From: an uncultured Bacillota bacterium
GTDB lineage: Bacteria > Bacillota > DTU025 > MWDF01
Assembly (NCBI GenBank): GCA_963823655.1
Contig: CAWGMK010000010.1
Span: forward strand, 444,949 to 508,948
Length of the DNA stretch: 64,000 nt
Direction: 5' to 3'
Both the position numbers and the translations under genes were made by a program. Within the stretch, counting starts at the first letter, position 1; every line of letters starts with the position of its first letter. Shown in pieces: positions 46,100 to 56,621 of the stretch. A model generated the notes under the pieces. That model saw only the letters and a program-made list of their open reading frames with translations. It was not told the DNA's origin and made no database searches.

Positions 46100-47304
46100 A
46101 TGTCTGATGAGAGGAAATTGATCCTGAACCTCCTTGCAGAGGGTAAGGTAACGGCCGAGGAGGCAGACGAGCTTCTCGAGGCGCTTGAGCAGGACGCATT
46201 CACAAAGCAGGAAGAGCAGGAGCAGAAGACCCGGCAGATGCATCTAAAGCGGGTACCGCTGAAAGCACTGCTGAAGGCGCCGCCGGAGCGGGCGCCAAAG
46301 AGGAGAAGCCGAAGGCAAGGCTGAAGGCGAAGCTGGAAATCGGCAACGGCCTGGAAGACAGGCTATCGGACATGGCTGTCGAGCTGGAAGATCTCGTCAG
46401 CGACATACCCGAGAAGGTGCAAAAGGCGCTGGACAGCGTCACCATAACCAAGGACGGCAAGAAGTCGACGCTTACAGAGATGCTCAAATCCTGGGGCATA
46501 TCCGACATCGGCGGCATAAGCGCCACGCCCTCCTTCAAGATGGGCACTGCGGAGGTAAGCGACAGGCTTCCGATAAGTGTGACACTTACGAACGGCACCG
46601 CCAGGTTCTATCCCAATGAGGAGGGGACCGACATAAAGGTGGCGTCCAAGATATATGTGAAGAATGCGCCGCGCGAAGAAGTGCAGAAGATCGCAAGCAA
46701 GCACATCGAAGTGTTCTTCGACCCCAAAAACGGGCTTAAGGTGAGGTCTTTGGACAGCAGGGATGTAAACGTAATGGCAGTCGAGGTCATGCTGCCGAAG
46801 CATCTAAACTTCGACATCGCCGCGCAGTCCGTAAACGGCTCGGTGAAGCTTGAGGGCGTCACGGCCAAATCCGCAACTCTAAAGACGGTAAACGGCGGAG
46901 TATCGACGCTCGAGTGTACGATCGACCGCCTGGATTCGCAGACCGTGAACGGGGCAGTAAGGCTTGCCGGCACTTTCAAGGACGCCAACGCAACTACTGT
47001 CAACGGCGGCATAAGGGCAGGGCTCATCTTAGCCGGCGGCAACGTGCGCCTAAACAGCAACAACGGCACTGTGAAAGTAGTAATCGACCAGCTGAAGTCC
47101 GTTCCCATGCAGATTCAGGCATCAAGCAGGAACGGCTCGCTGAAGATGGGAATAGAGGGCCTGGAGACCGTACAGGAGACGTCGGTATATTCGATGCACA
47201 AGAGCGGCACTTGGCGAAGCAAGGGCTACGCCGAGGCCAAGGTGCGGGCCGACGTCGAGCTGGAGACCAGAAACGGCTCCACGGTCGTCACTTCAGAGGA
47301 ATAG
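46100..47304 (+). CDS. YvlB-like SHOCT plus DUF4097 beta-repeat protein; apparent frameshift near 46230
   Basis: ERKLILNLLAEGKVTAEEADELLEAL; repeated T/S-VNG-x-V strands. Confidence 0.8.
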
Positions 47305-47342
47305 CTTCAGGAGACGGAATGGGACACGGCTCTTTGAAGATG

Positions 47343-47378
47343 AGGCCGGGCAGATCAAAGTGCCCGGCCTTACCCTTT
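47343..47378 (+). terminator. Hairpin, probable terminator
   Basis: aggccgggca / tgcccggcct then taccctttt-like tail. Confidence 0.5.
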
Positions 47379-47459
47379 AGCTACAATAGGGATTATGTGG
47401 AACGATGTGCCCCTATTGAAGTAAAATGTAATTTGTAGAGGAATCCCCGAACGGAGGAA

Positions 47460-48032
47460 ATGTGCATGGAAGCGATGGATTCTAAGCGCCAGAAGACTTT
47501 GAGGACCCTGATGCAGGCGGCAGTCGCCGCGAAGGATCTGGGCATATCCCACATAGTCGTCGCCTCCAACAGCGGCGAGACGGCGCTGCAGCTTCTGACG
47601 GCGTTAAGGGAAGTCAACGCCGGAGGAGACCTGCCCAAGCTCGTTTGCGTAACCCATGCGGTGGGATTCGCAGGCGACGGCGTGGACGAGATGCCGGCCG
47701 AGATGAGAAAGAAGCTGGCAGACGAGGGCTTCTCCGTATTGACCACGACGCATCTTTTCGGCGGCGTGGAGAGGTCCATGAGCACCATGTGGAAGGGCGG
47801 CTATCCGCTTGCTATGGTGGCCAACGCGCTTAAGCTGTTCGGTCAGGGCGCGAAGGTGGCCGTGGAAATTTCCGTAATGGCCCTGGATTCAGGCCTCATT
47901 CCGTTCGGTCCCGACGTTATATCAATTGGAGGCTCGGGCCGCGGCGCGGACACCGCGCTTCTGATAAAGCCGGCCCATTCCCTGAGGTTTTTCGACACCA
48001 AAGTCAAGCGCGTTATCGCGCTTGCTGAATAG
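47460..48032 (+). CDS. Pyruvate kinase C-terminal-like alpha/beta domain protein
   Basis: HIVVASNSGETA, VTHAVGF, FGQGAKVAVEISVMALDSG, GRGADTA. Confidence 0.8.
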   Translation: MCMEAMDSKRQKTLRTLMQAAVAAKDLGISHIVVASNSGETALQLLTALREVNAGGDLPKLVCVTHAVGFAGDGVDEMPAEMRKKLADEGFSVLTTTHLFGGVERSMSTMWKGGYPLAMVANALKLFGQGAKVAVEISVMALDSGLIPFGPDVISIGGSGRGADTALLIKPAHSLRFFDTKVKRVIALAE

Positions 48033-48050
48033 AAAGGCAGTGCTGACCAG

Positions 48051-48238
48051 GTGGAAGCAAGAAGGCTTTACCGTTCCGGAGCAACAAGATGGTCGCGGGC
48101 GTATGCGCGGGCCTTGCCGAATACCTCGGCATAGACCCGACGATAATCAGGTTGTTGTGGGCTTTCGCAATCCTTTTCGCGGGCGCGGGTTTCTGGGCGT
48201 ACATCATCTGCTGGCTTATAATGCCGCAGGCGAATTAG
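48051..48238 (+). CDS. PspC domain protein 1; apparent frameshift near 48077; absent from ORF track
   Basis: Read by hand: MEARRLYRS/SNKMVAGVCAGLAEYLGIDPTIIRLLWAFAILFAGAGFWAYIICWLIMPQAN. Confidence 0.85.
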
Positions 48239-48250
48239 GAGGGATATAGC

Positions 48251-48437
48251 ATGGAAGGCAAAAAGCTCGTAAGGAACAAGACGAACAAGATGATCGGCGG
48301 GGTGTGCTCAGGAGTCGCGGACTATTTCGGCGTTGATCCGACAATTGTGAGGATCGTCTGGGTGCTGCTTGGCATTCGGAGCTGGAGCCGGCATACTCGC
48401 ATACATCGCATGCTGGATCATAATGCCTGAGGCCTAG
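48251..48437 (+). CDS. PspC domain protein 2; apparent frameshift near 48371; absent from ORF track
   Basis: Read by hand: [61 protein letters not shown]; AGGAGG RBS. Confidence 0.85.
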
Positions 48438-48465
48438 CCACAAAAAGGCGATTGGAGGAAGCATC

Positions 48466-48657
48466 ATGGAGAAGAAGCTTACTAGAAACAGCAACAACAA
48501 GATCCTTGCCGGAGTCTGCTCCGGAATTGCCGAATACCTCGGCACCGATCCGACCGTCATCAGGGTATTGTTCGCCTTAGGGATAGTATTTACCGCCGGC
48601 TGGGGCCTTCTGGGTTACCTCGCCTGCTGGTTCATAATGCCGGCCAAAACGGCCTAA
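48466..48657 (+). CDS. PspC domain protein 3
   Basis: KKLTR...[21 protein letters not shown]...YLACWFIMP. Confidence 0.9.
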   Translation: MEKKLTRNSNNKILAGVCSGIAEYLGTDPTVIRVLFALGIVFTAGWGLLGYLACWFIMPAKTA

Positions 48658-48698
48658 TCCAACAGCTGAGGGACTATTTAACCCCAAGGAGGGGAAAA

Positions 48699-49092
48699 AT
48701 GCGCATAGCCTTGATTGCCCACGACGCAAAGAAGGCCGATATGGTCGCCTTCTGCCAGGCCAACATCGGCCTGCTTTCGCAGTGCGAGCTGATAGCTACC
48801 GGCACCACCGGAAAGCTAATAACAGAGCATACGGGCCTTAAGATCCAGAAGGATGCTCTCGGGGCCGTACGGCGGGGACCTGCAGATAGGCGCGATGATC
48901 GCAAGCGGTGAAGTGGATGCGGTCCTCTTCATGAGGGATCCGCTCACGGCCCAGCCGCACGAGCCGGACATAGCAGCGCTTCTAAGGGTCTCTGACGTGC
49001 ACAACGTGCCTTTGGCCACCAACCAGGCGACTGCTGCTTTGATTCTTTCGGCTATACAGAAGAAGCTGAAGGACTCAGGGGCGATAAAGTAG
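48699..49092 (+). CDS. mgsA: Methylglyoxal synthase; apparent frameshift near 48850
   Basis: [39 protein letters not shown]. Confidence 0.92.
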
Positions 49093-49194
49093 GCCTGCGT
49101 GATCTTAAAGGCCCGCGCAATCAGGCAAATGGCATGCGCGATCAATTCAGATTGGCGCATTCAAACAGGGCAGAACATTCCGGGAGGGAAACCA

Positions 49195-50535
49195 TTGGGC
49201 AGATATTTCGGAACGGACGGCATAAGAGGCATAGCCGGAGGGGACCTGACTCCCCAGCTGGCGATGATTGCGGCAGCTGCAGGCGCTAAGGTGCTTGAGG
49301 CGTCCGGCAGGGAAGTCGTAATCGGCATGGACACGAGGATGTCGTCCGGAATGCTCTCTTCTGCCGCCGCGGCAGGGCTCACTGCCCAGGGTGCGGACGC
49401 GCTCCTGGCGGGCGTAATACCAACGCCTGGCGTCGCCTACATGGCGATGGCAAAAGGTGCAGCGGCAGGCATTGTGATCTCTGCATCCCACAACCCGTAC
49501 GAGTACAACGGCATAAAGTTCTTCGGCCCCGACGGCTACAAGCTGCCGGACGCAACGGAGGATCTAATCGAAGCGGAGCTTGAGCGGATGCTGTCCGGCG
49601 CAACCCCAGTCTGCGCGGGCCCCGGCAAGATCGGCCAGGTCGCGGATTTCTCCGAGGCGCAGGCGGCTTACGAGGACTTCATCGTTAGCTCTTGCAAGGG
49701 GAGCCTGAAGGGCCTGAAAGTGCTTCTCGACTGCTCCAACGGCGCGGCCTTCGCCCTGGCTCCGAGCGCATTCAGAAGGCTTGGCGCAGAAGTAATCACA
49801 ATCTTCGACCGGCCGGACGGGGTGAATATAAACGACAGCTGCGGCGCGACGAAGCCTGAGAGCATGGCCGAGACCACCAAGAAGCTCGGCTGCGACATCG
49901 GATTTGCCTTCGACGGCGACGCCGACCGCTGCATAATGGCAGACGAGCTGGGCAATGTGCTGGACGGCGACTTCGAGATGTGCATGCTGGCCTCCTCCAT
50001 GAAGGAAGAGGGTATCTTAGGCGGCGATTGCATCGTCGCTACCGCATACAGCAACATGGGCCTTGCGGAAGGGCTCAACAAGCTGGGGCTCAAGCAGCTT
50101 ACCGCCGATAACGGCGACAGGTACGTGCTCGAGCTGATGAGGCAGAAGGGCCTAAACCTGGGAGGGGAGCAATCCGGCCACATCTTGTTGCTGGACAGCT
50201 CGACCACAGGAGACGGCCTTCTTACAGCGGTAAGGCTCGCCTCTCTAGTCCGGAAATCGGCAAAGAAGACATCGGAGCTGGCAGCCTCGATGAGGAAATA
50301 TCCGCAGGGGCAAAAGGCGGTCAAGGTGTCCAGGAAGGGCGATCTGGCAGGCGATAGCGCCATCTGGGATGCGGTTGCCGAGGCCGAATTCGAGCTTAAA
50401 GGCCGCGGCAGGGTATTCGTAAGGGCTTCCGGCACCGAGCCGGTCGTGCGCGTCATGGTAGAAGCCGCAGAAGCATCGTCGGTCGGCAGGATCCTCGATA
50501 GGGTCGCGAACATCGTATCCGAGCGCCTGTCATGA
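49195..50535 (+). CDS. glmM: Phosphoglucosamine mutase
   Basis: YFGTDGIRG, ISASHNP, DGDADR, GGEQSGH, RASGTEP. Confidence 0.95.
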   Translation: MGRYFGTDGIRGIAGGDLTPQLAMIAAAAGAKVLEASGREVVIGMDTRMSSGMLSSAAAAGLTAQGADALLAGVIPTPGVAYMAMAKGAAAGIVISASHNPYEYNGIKFFGPDGYKLPDATEDLIEAELERMLSGATPVCAGPGKIGQVADFSEAQAAYEDFIVSSCKGSLKGLKVLLDCSNGAAFALAPSAFRRLGAEVITIFDRPDGVNINDSCGATKPESMAETTKKLGCDIGFAFDGDADRCIMADELGNVLDGDFEMCMLASSMKEEGILGGDCIVATAYSNMGLAEGLNKLGLKQLTADNGDRYVLELMRQKGLNLGGEQSGHILLLDSSTTGDGLLTAVRLASLVRKSAKKTSELAASMRKYPQGQKAVKVSRKGDLAGDSAIWDAVAEAEFELKGRGRVFVRASGTEPVVRVMVEAAEASSVGRILDRVANIVSERLS

Positions 50536-50555
50536 CTTTTTAGGAGGTTTGCGAA

Positions 50556-52388
50556 ATGTGCGGAATAGTTGGTTATGTAGGGGAGAAACAGGCGGCGCCC
50601 ATCATACTGGACGGGTTGAAGAGGCTCGAGTACAGAGGGTATGATTCGGCCGGCATCGCCATCTGCGACGGGGACCAGACCGTGCTCAGGAAGAGCATGG
50701 GAAGGCTCGTAAAGCTGGAAGAGGCGATCAAAGACGAGATGCCCAAGGGAAGCTTCGGCATGGGCCACACCAGGTGGGCCACCCACGGCAGGCCGTCCGA
50801 TCTCAACGCGCACCCCCACACCGACTGCACCGGGGACATAATCCTCGTGCACAACGGCATATTCGAGAACTACTCCGAAGTGAAGTCGCAACTTTTAGCG
50901 GACGGTCATGTGATGGTATCGGAGACCGACACCGAAGTGCTCGCCCACCTTATAGAATCAAATTACGAGGACGACCTCGCCGATGCCGTAAGGGCATCCT
51001 TGAAGATCGTGCGCGGCTCCTACGCCGTTGTGGTCATGAGCAGGCGCGAGCCCGGCAAGCTGGTCGCAGCGAAGAAGGATTCCCCGCTTATCGCCGGCAA
51101 GGGCAAGGGCGAGAATTACCTGGCCTCCGACATACCGGCCCTTCTTCCATACACAAGGGAGATCTTCGTCATGGAGGACGGGGAGGTAGTTGAGCTCACC
51201 CGCGATGCGATCAAGTTCACGAAGATCGACGGCAGCATAGTGGAGAAGAAGTCGATGACGGTCACCTGGAACCTGGAAGCTGCCGAAAAGGGCGGCTACA
51301 AGCACTTCATGCTCAAGGAGATCCATGAGCAGCCCAGGGCCATCAGGGAGACTCTGTCGGGGAGGATCACCCCCGACGGGAAATATGTGAACATCCAGGA
51401 GATAAGCCTCTCCGACGACTATTTGAGGCAGCTCAAGCGCGTGCAGCTAATTGCCTGCGGCACCGCCTCATACGCCTGCCAGGTCGGCCGCTACTACTTC
51501 GAGAAGCTGGCGAACCTTCCCGCATCCGTTGAGGTGGGCTCCGAGTTCAGGTACTCAAGCCCTCTCATCGGCCCCGAGACGCTGGTCGTCGCGGTGAGCC
51601 AGTCGGGCGAGACCGCCGACACGCTCGCCGCAATGAGGGAGGCCAAGGCCCACGGCTGCAAAGTAATCGCCATTACAAATGTAGTTGGCTCCTCGGTATC
51701 GCGCGAGGCGGACATGGTCATGTACACATACGCCGGCCCCGAGATCGCCGTCGCCTCCACCAAGGCATATGTCACCCAGCTTGAGGCCCTTTGCCTGTTA
51801 GGGCTGGACCTCGCCCAAAGGCGCGGCTGCATTGACCGCGAGAAGGTTGCAACCATTGCTCGCGAGCTCAAGGAGCTGTCCGGCAAGATGGAGTCCATAT
51901 TCCAAAGAAACGAAGCCTGGATCGAAGGTTTCGCCGAGAAGCACAAGGACATGGAGCACGCGTTCTTCATCGGAAGGGGCCTCGATTTCGCAACGTCCCT
52001 GGAAGGGGCGCTAAAGCTCAAGGAGATCTCATACGTGCACGCCGAGGCCTATGCCGCAGGGGAGCTGAAGCACGGCACCCTGGCGCTGGTCACCGAAGGC
52101 ACGCTCGTCGTGGCACTTGTCACGCAGTCCACATTGAGGGAGAAGATGCTCTCCAACATCCAGGAGGTAAAGGCCAGGGACGCAATGGTCGTGGCGCTTG
52201 CGCCGGACGGCGACGCCGAGATAGAAAGGCATGTGGACCACGTAATCTACATACCCAATACGGTCCCCGAGCTAATACCCATACTTGCCGTCGTCCCGCT
52301 TCAGCTTTTCGCCTACCACATGGCGGTAATAAGGGGCAATGACGTCGACAAGCCCAGAAACCTTGCGAAGAGCGTTACGGTAGAGTAA
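50556..52388 (+). CDS. glmS: Glutamine--fructose-6-phosphate aminotransferase
   Basis: MCGIVG, EYRGYDSAG, HTRWATHG, SQSGETADT, PRNLAKSVTVE. Confidence 0.98.
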   Translation: MCGIVGYVGEKQAAPIILDGLKRLEYRGYDSAGIAICDGDQTVLRKSMGRLVKLEEAIKDEMPKGSFGMGHTRWATHGRPSDLNAHPHTDCTGDIILVHNGIFENYSEVKSQLLADGHVMVSETDTEVLAHLIESNYEDDLADAVRASLKIVRGSYAVVVMSRREPGKLVAAKKDSPLIAGKGKGENYLASDIPALLPYTREIFVMEDGEVVELTRDAIKFTKIDGSIVEKKSMTVTWNLEAAEKGGYKHFMLKEIHEQPRAIRETLSGRITPDGKYVNIQEISLSDDYLRQLKRVQLIACGTASYACQVGRYYFEKLANLPASVEVGSEFRYSSPLIGPETLVVAVSQSGETADTLAAMREAKAHGCKVIAITNVVGSSVSREADMVMYTYAGPEIAVASTKAYVTQLEALCLLGLDLAQRRGCIDREKVATIARELKELSGKMESIFQRNEAWIEGFAEKHKDMEHAFFIGRGLDFATSLEGALKLKEISYVHAEAYAAGELKHGTLALVTEGTLVVALVTQSTLREKMLSNIQEVKARDAMVVALAPDGDAEIERHVDHVIYIPNTVPELIPILAVVPLQLFAYHMAVIRGNDVDKPRNLAKSVTVE

Positions 52389-52394
52389 GCACAC

Positions 52395-52787
52395 GTGAGG
52401 ATCCTCGGCATAGGCACCGATATAGAGAAGGTGGCGCGCTTCGACGCGCATGCGGCAGCCCTTCCCAAAGGGGCTGCCCAGCGCTACCTGACGCCTTCAG
52501 AGATGGCAGAAGCAGCCTTGAAAGGCGCCGGTTGTGCAGAATACCTCGCCTCCCGCTTCACAGCCAAGGAGGCCGTCATGAAGAGCCTTGGTGCCGGCAT
52601 GGACAAGATGCCTTTCAGGGACATCGAGATCGCGTCGGGCGAGGGCGGAAAGCCCTTCGTTAGGCTTTTCGGCAAGGCACTGCAGAGGGCTCGCGAGATC
52701 TGCGCCGCTACCGTCATGATATCCATCTCCCACGGAAAGGAGTACGCCGTGGCTTTCGCTATGGCCGTGGCCGAAGATGTCGATTAA
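52395..52787 (+). CDS. acpS: Holo-ACP synthase
   Basis: GIGTDI, RFTAKEAVMK, GKP, SISH. Confidence 0.92.
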   Translation: MRILGIGTDIEKVARFDAHAAALPKGAAQRYLTPSEMAEAALKGAGCAEYLASRFTAKEAVMKSLGAGMDKMPFRDIEIASGEGGKPFVRLFGKALQRAREICAATVMISISHGKEYAVAFAMAVAEDVD

Positions 52788-54408
52788 GATAACCGACACT
52801 AGAGGAAGCATGGACATCGACATGCTAGCCGGACTGCACTATTCTCTCGACGGCAGGACGCTCATGGAAAACGCCGGTTTCGCCTCAGCGTGCCTTGCCC
52901 GCGAGATGATCGATTCCGAAGGGGATATAACGATCTTCTGCGGGGGCGGCAGGAACGGCGGCGACGGCATTGTCGCGGCAAGGCACCTTTTAAGTGCGGG
53001 ATTTTTCGTAAACCTCGTGCTATTATGCCCGAGTAATACAAAGTCGATCCCCGCGGAGATAGGGGCGAACCTCGAGGCCCTTGGCTACCCGTACAAAGTG
53101 TCGGAACGCATGAAAGTAATCGACATAGACGGGGTTGACAAGATTATGGACGCCTATCTGGCCGTATCCAAATCCTGCCTGGTGATCGACGCACTGCTGG
53201 GCACAGGGATTAAGGGCGAGCCGCAGGGCTTTGTTGCCGACTGCATAAGGGTCATCAACTCAAGCGGCAAGAAGGTGCTCTCCCTCGACATACCTTCCGG
53301 CTGCTCTTCAGACGACGGCTCAGCGCCGGAGCTTTCGGTGAAGGCGGATGCTACGATTACTTTCTGCGCCCTCAAACAGGGCCTTTTAGCTGAGCCGACC
53401 GCATCTTTGGCGGGGAAGTTGTTCCTATCCCGCATAGGTCTGCCCGACAAGCTGCTTAATGGCCTGAAGGGGGAGCTGCTGGACATTAAGCTCGCAGGCT
53501 CCCTGATCCCCAGGCGCCAGAGTTGGTTCCATAAGGGTGATCTGGGCAGGGTGGGCATAATCGCGGGCAGCGTAAACATGCCGGGAGCCGCCGCATTGTG
53601 CGCGAAGGGCGCGCTTAAAGGCGGGGTCGGCCTGTGCGAGCTGTTCGTGCCCCAGGCGGCCTATAACGGGATAATGGCATCGGGTATGGCCTCGGAGGCT
53701 ATGATAAGGCCGCTGCCCTCCAAGGACGGCTGGTTCTCAGGCAAGCTTGAGGGCGATGCGTGGGAAGTGCTTGAGGAGAAGGATGCAATTGTCATAGGAC
53801 CGGGAATCGGCAGGGGGTTCGGGGCGAAAGATATTTTGAAGACTGTCATCGACTTAAATCCGAAAAAGCTCGTGCTGGATGCCGATGCCCTGTGGCTCGT
53901 TGAAGAGTATGGCGACCTTGTCAGCCTTTTCGAAGGCGAGCTTATGCTGACCCCGCATCCGGGGGAGCTCAAGCAAATGATGAGGTATGAGGGCATAACC
54001 AATGACAGGGTCGTAGACGCTATCGACTGCGCCGAGAAATTCCATGCCTGTGTGGCCCACAAGGGCCCCGGCACGGTGGTGGCGAACCGCAAGGGCAACT
54101 TCAGGATAGTCAACGCCGGAAACAGCGCGATGGCGACACCCGGCTCAGGCGACGTGCTGGCAGGGCTGGTAGGCGCGATCGCCGCCCGCGGCGCCGACGC
54201 TTACTCCGCGCTGTCGGCCGCGTGCTTCATACACTCCCTTGCGGGGGACCTCGCTGCCAAGGCGGGCGGGGAGTCCATCCTGGCGGGCGACATCGCGGAC
54301 AGGATACCGGAGGCCATGGAAATGGCCCAGAATGCGGCAGACAGGATAGATGCGGCCGAAAGGCTGCCATATATAGAGATAACAAGGGATGTTCAGATCG
54401 GGAGGTAA
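52777..54408 (+). CDS. nnr: Bifunctional NAD(P)H-hydrate epimerase/dehydratase
   Basis: LMENAG, G.NGGDG, DALLGTG, HKG, GPGIG, DADAL, TPHPGE, GSGDVLAG. Confidence 0.9.
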   Translation: MSIKITDTRGSMDIDMLAGLHYSLDGRTLMENAGFASACLAREMIDSEGDITIFCGGGRNGGDGIVAARHLLSAGFFVNLVLLCPSNTKSIPAEIGANLEALGYPYKVSERMKVIDIDGVDKIMDAYLAVSKSCLVIDALLGTGIKGEPQGFVADCIRVINSSGKKVLSLDIPSGCSSDDGSAPELSVKADATITFCALKQGLLAEPTASLAGKLFLSRIGLPDKLLNGLKGELLDIKLAGSLIPRRQSWFHKGDLGRVGIIAGSVNMPGAAALCAKGALKGGVGLCELFVPQAAYNGIMASGMASEAMIRPLPSKDGWFSGKLEGDAWEVLEEKDAIVIGPGIGRGFGAKDILKTVIDLNPKKLVLDADALWLVEEYGDLVSLFEGELMLTPHPGELKQMMRYEGITNDRVVDAIDCAEKFHACVAHKGPGTVVANRKGNFRIVNAGNSAMATPGSGDVLAGLVGAIAARGADAYSALSAACFIHSLAGDLAAKAGGESILAGDIADRIPEAMEMAQNAADRIDAAERLPYIEITRDVQIGR

Positions 54409-54412
54409 TTTG

Positions 54413-55424
54413 ATGTCAGTTCCTTTAGTGGAGATCCTCAGGGGAGGAAACCTGGAAAGCGTACACATGGGAAACGCGGTATTTGTGGATTCCGACGGGA
54501 AAGTGCTTGCCAAGGCGGGCGACGAAACGAAGTGGACCTACTGGAGATCGTCGGCGAAGCCTGTGCAGGCAATACTGCCCGTAATATCGGGCGCGGTAGA
54601 CAAGTACGGGCTCACTGAAAAAGAGCTTGCAGTCATATGCTCCTCGCACTACGGCGAGCAGATGCATGTTGATGCCGTAAGGTCCATCCTCAAGAAGGCA
54701 GGGATTCCGGAATCGTGCGTCAGCACGGGCACGCACCTGCCATTCGACAAGTACGCTGCAGAGGATATAATCAGGAAATCAGAGAAGCCCACCCCGCTGC
54801 ATCACAACTGCTCCGGCAAGCACGCCGGCATGCTCATATTGTGCAAGCAGATGGGCTGGGACATGGATACATATTTCAAACCCGACCACCCAGTGCAGAT
54901 GGCGGCCCACGAGATAGTCGCCGATTTCACGGGGCTTCCCAAGGAGCAGATTCCAATAGGCGTCGAAGGCTGCAGCGTATCGTCATTCTACCTGCCTTTA
55001 TGGGCGATGGCCTATGCTTATGCGAGGCTTTCCAAGCCAGAATCGCTTGCCTGAAAAGTACAGGGAGGCGGCGAAGAGGGTAACGGCCGCCATGATGGCG
55101 CACCCCGAGATGATAGCGGGCACCCACGGCTTCGCAACATTGCTCATGCAGGCTCATACCGGCAGGCTTTTCGCCAAGAACGGGGCCGAGGGGGCCTTTT
55201 GCGTAGGCCTTGCCGACAAGGGCATAGGCTTTGCGCTTAAAATCGACGACGGCAACGAGAGGGCTTACCACACCTCGGTCACCAGCTGCCTGAGGCAGTT
55301 TGGCGTAATGCCGGACGAGGGCTCCAAGATGAAGCCCGAAAAGGACGTCAAGAACAATAAAGGCGATATCGTCGGGCAGTTCAGGCCCGGTTTCGAGCTT
55401 ACAAGAACCGGAGGAGAGGTATAG
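54413..55424 (+). CDS. L-asparaginase II family (Rhizobium AnsA-type); apparent frameshift near 55048
   Basis: RSSAKP, SSHYGE, NCSGKHAGML, KNGAEG, KIDDG. Confidence 0.85.
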
Positions 55425-55427
55425 AGC

Positions 55428-56619
55428 ATGTTGAGCATATATGAGAGGATCGCCCAGGAGAGCGGCAAGCTGTTCCAGGAAGCGATAGAGATAAGAAGGA
55501 CCCTTCATAAGTGGCCCGAGGAGGGCTTCAAGGAGTTCAAGACGTCCGCCCTGGTTGCGGACTACTTAAGAAAGCTCGGCCTCGACGAAGTTCGCACCGA
55601 AGTTGCGGTGACCGGCGTAATAGGCGTGCTCAAGGGCGCATTGCCGGGGCCGACGATTGCAATAAGGGCGGACATGGACGGGCTTCCGATATTAGAGAAG
55701 ACGGGGCTTGCCTTCGCCTCAGAGCGCGAGGGCTGGATGCACGGCTGCGGGCATGACGGCCATACGGCAGGGCTCCTTGCTGCGGCAAAGCTTTTGGCAG
55801 GCCTCAGGTCCGAGCTTCCCGGCACAGTGAAGTTCATATTCCAGCCCGCAGAGGAGGGCCCGGGAGGGGCGCTTCCCATGACGGAGCAGGGCGCGATGGA
55901 CGGCGTCGACATAGTGCTGGGCGGCCATATGTGGGGCGATTACAAGCCCGGGTCAGGTGGCCCTTGTCAGCGGGCCGATGTTCGCATCCCCTTCTGACTT
56001 CAGGATCTCCATTCAGGGAGTCGGCGGCCACGCCGCAGCACCCCATACCGCAATCGACACGGTGCCGATCATGGCGAACATCATCGACGCCCTTCAGACC
56101 ATAGTCTCAAGGAAGGTCGAGCCGGGAGTCCCCTGCGTGCTGACTATCGGCACAGTGAGGGCGGGCTACAGGCACAATGTCATCGCCGACACCTGCGTCA
56201 TGGAGGGCACTATCAGGACATTCGACCGCGGAGTCGAGGTCATGGTGAAGCAGGCGCTCAAAGATATGGTCCCAGGGATCGCCAGCGCCATGGGGGCGAA
56301 GGCAGAAGTTGAGTTTACAAGGTATTACCCTCCTGTGATCAACGACCGCGATATAACCGAGAAGATGACGGGGCTTGCCAAGATGATGCTCGGAGACGAA
56401 AATGTCATGGTGGCGAAGCCCACAATGGGCGGCGAGGACTTCGCCTATTTCCTCGGCAAAGTGCCCGGCACCTTCATGTTCATAGGTTCCGCCAACGAGG
56501 GCAATGCGTACTGGAACGACGCCCACCATCCGTGCTTCAACATAGATGAGAGGGCGCTAGTCACCATGATGAAGATGTACGCCGCAGCTCCCTTCTGGTT
56601 TGCGGACAGGACGAAGTAG
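55428..56619 (+). CDS. M20D family amidohydrolase; apparent frameshift near 55950
   Basis: RADMDGLP, MHGCGHDGH, FQPAEEG, GGHAAAPH, GEDFA. Confidence 0.9.
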
Positions 56620-56621
56620 AA

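Noticed and set aside
48051-48657. CRISPR-like or DNA repeat array
   Set aside because: Similarity is at protein level (PspC paralogues); no identical repeats with spacers
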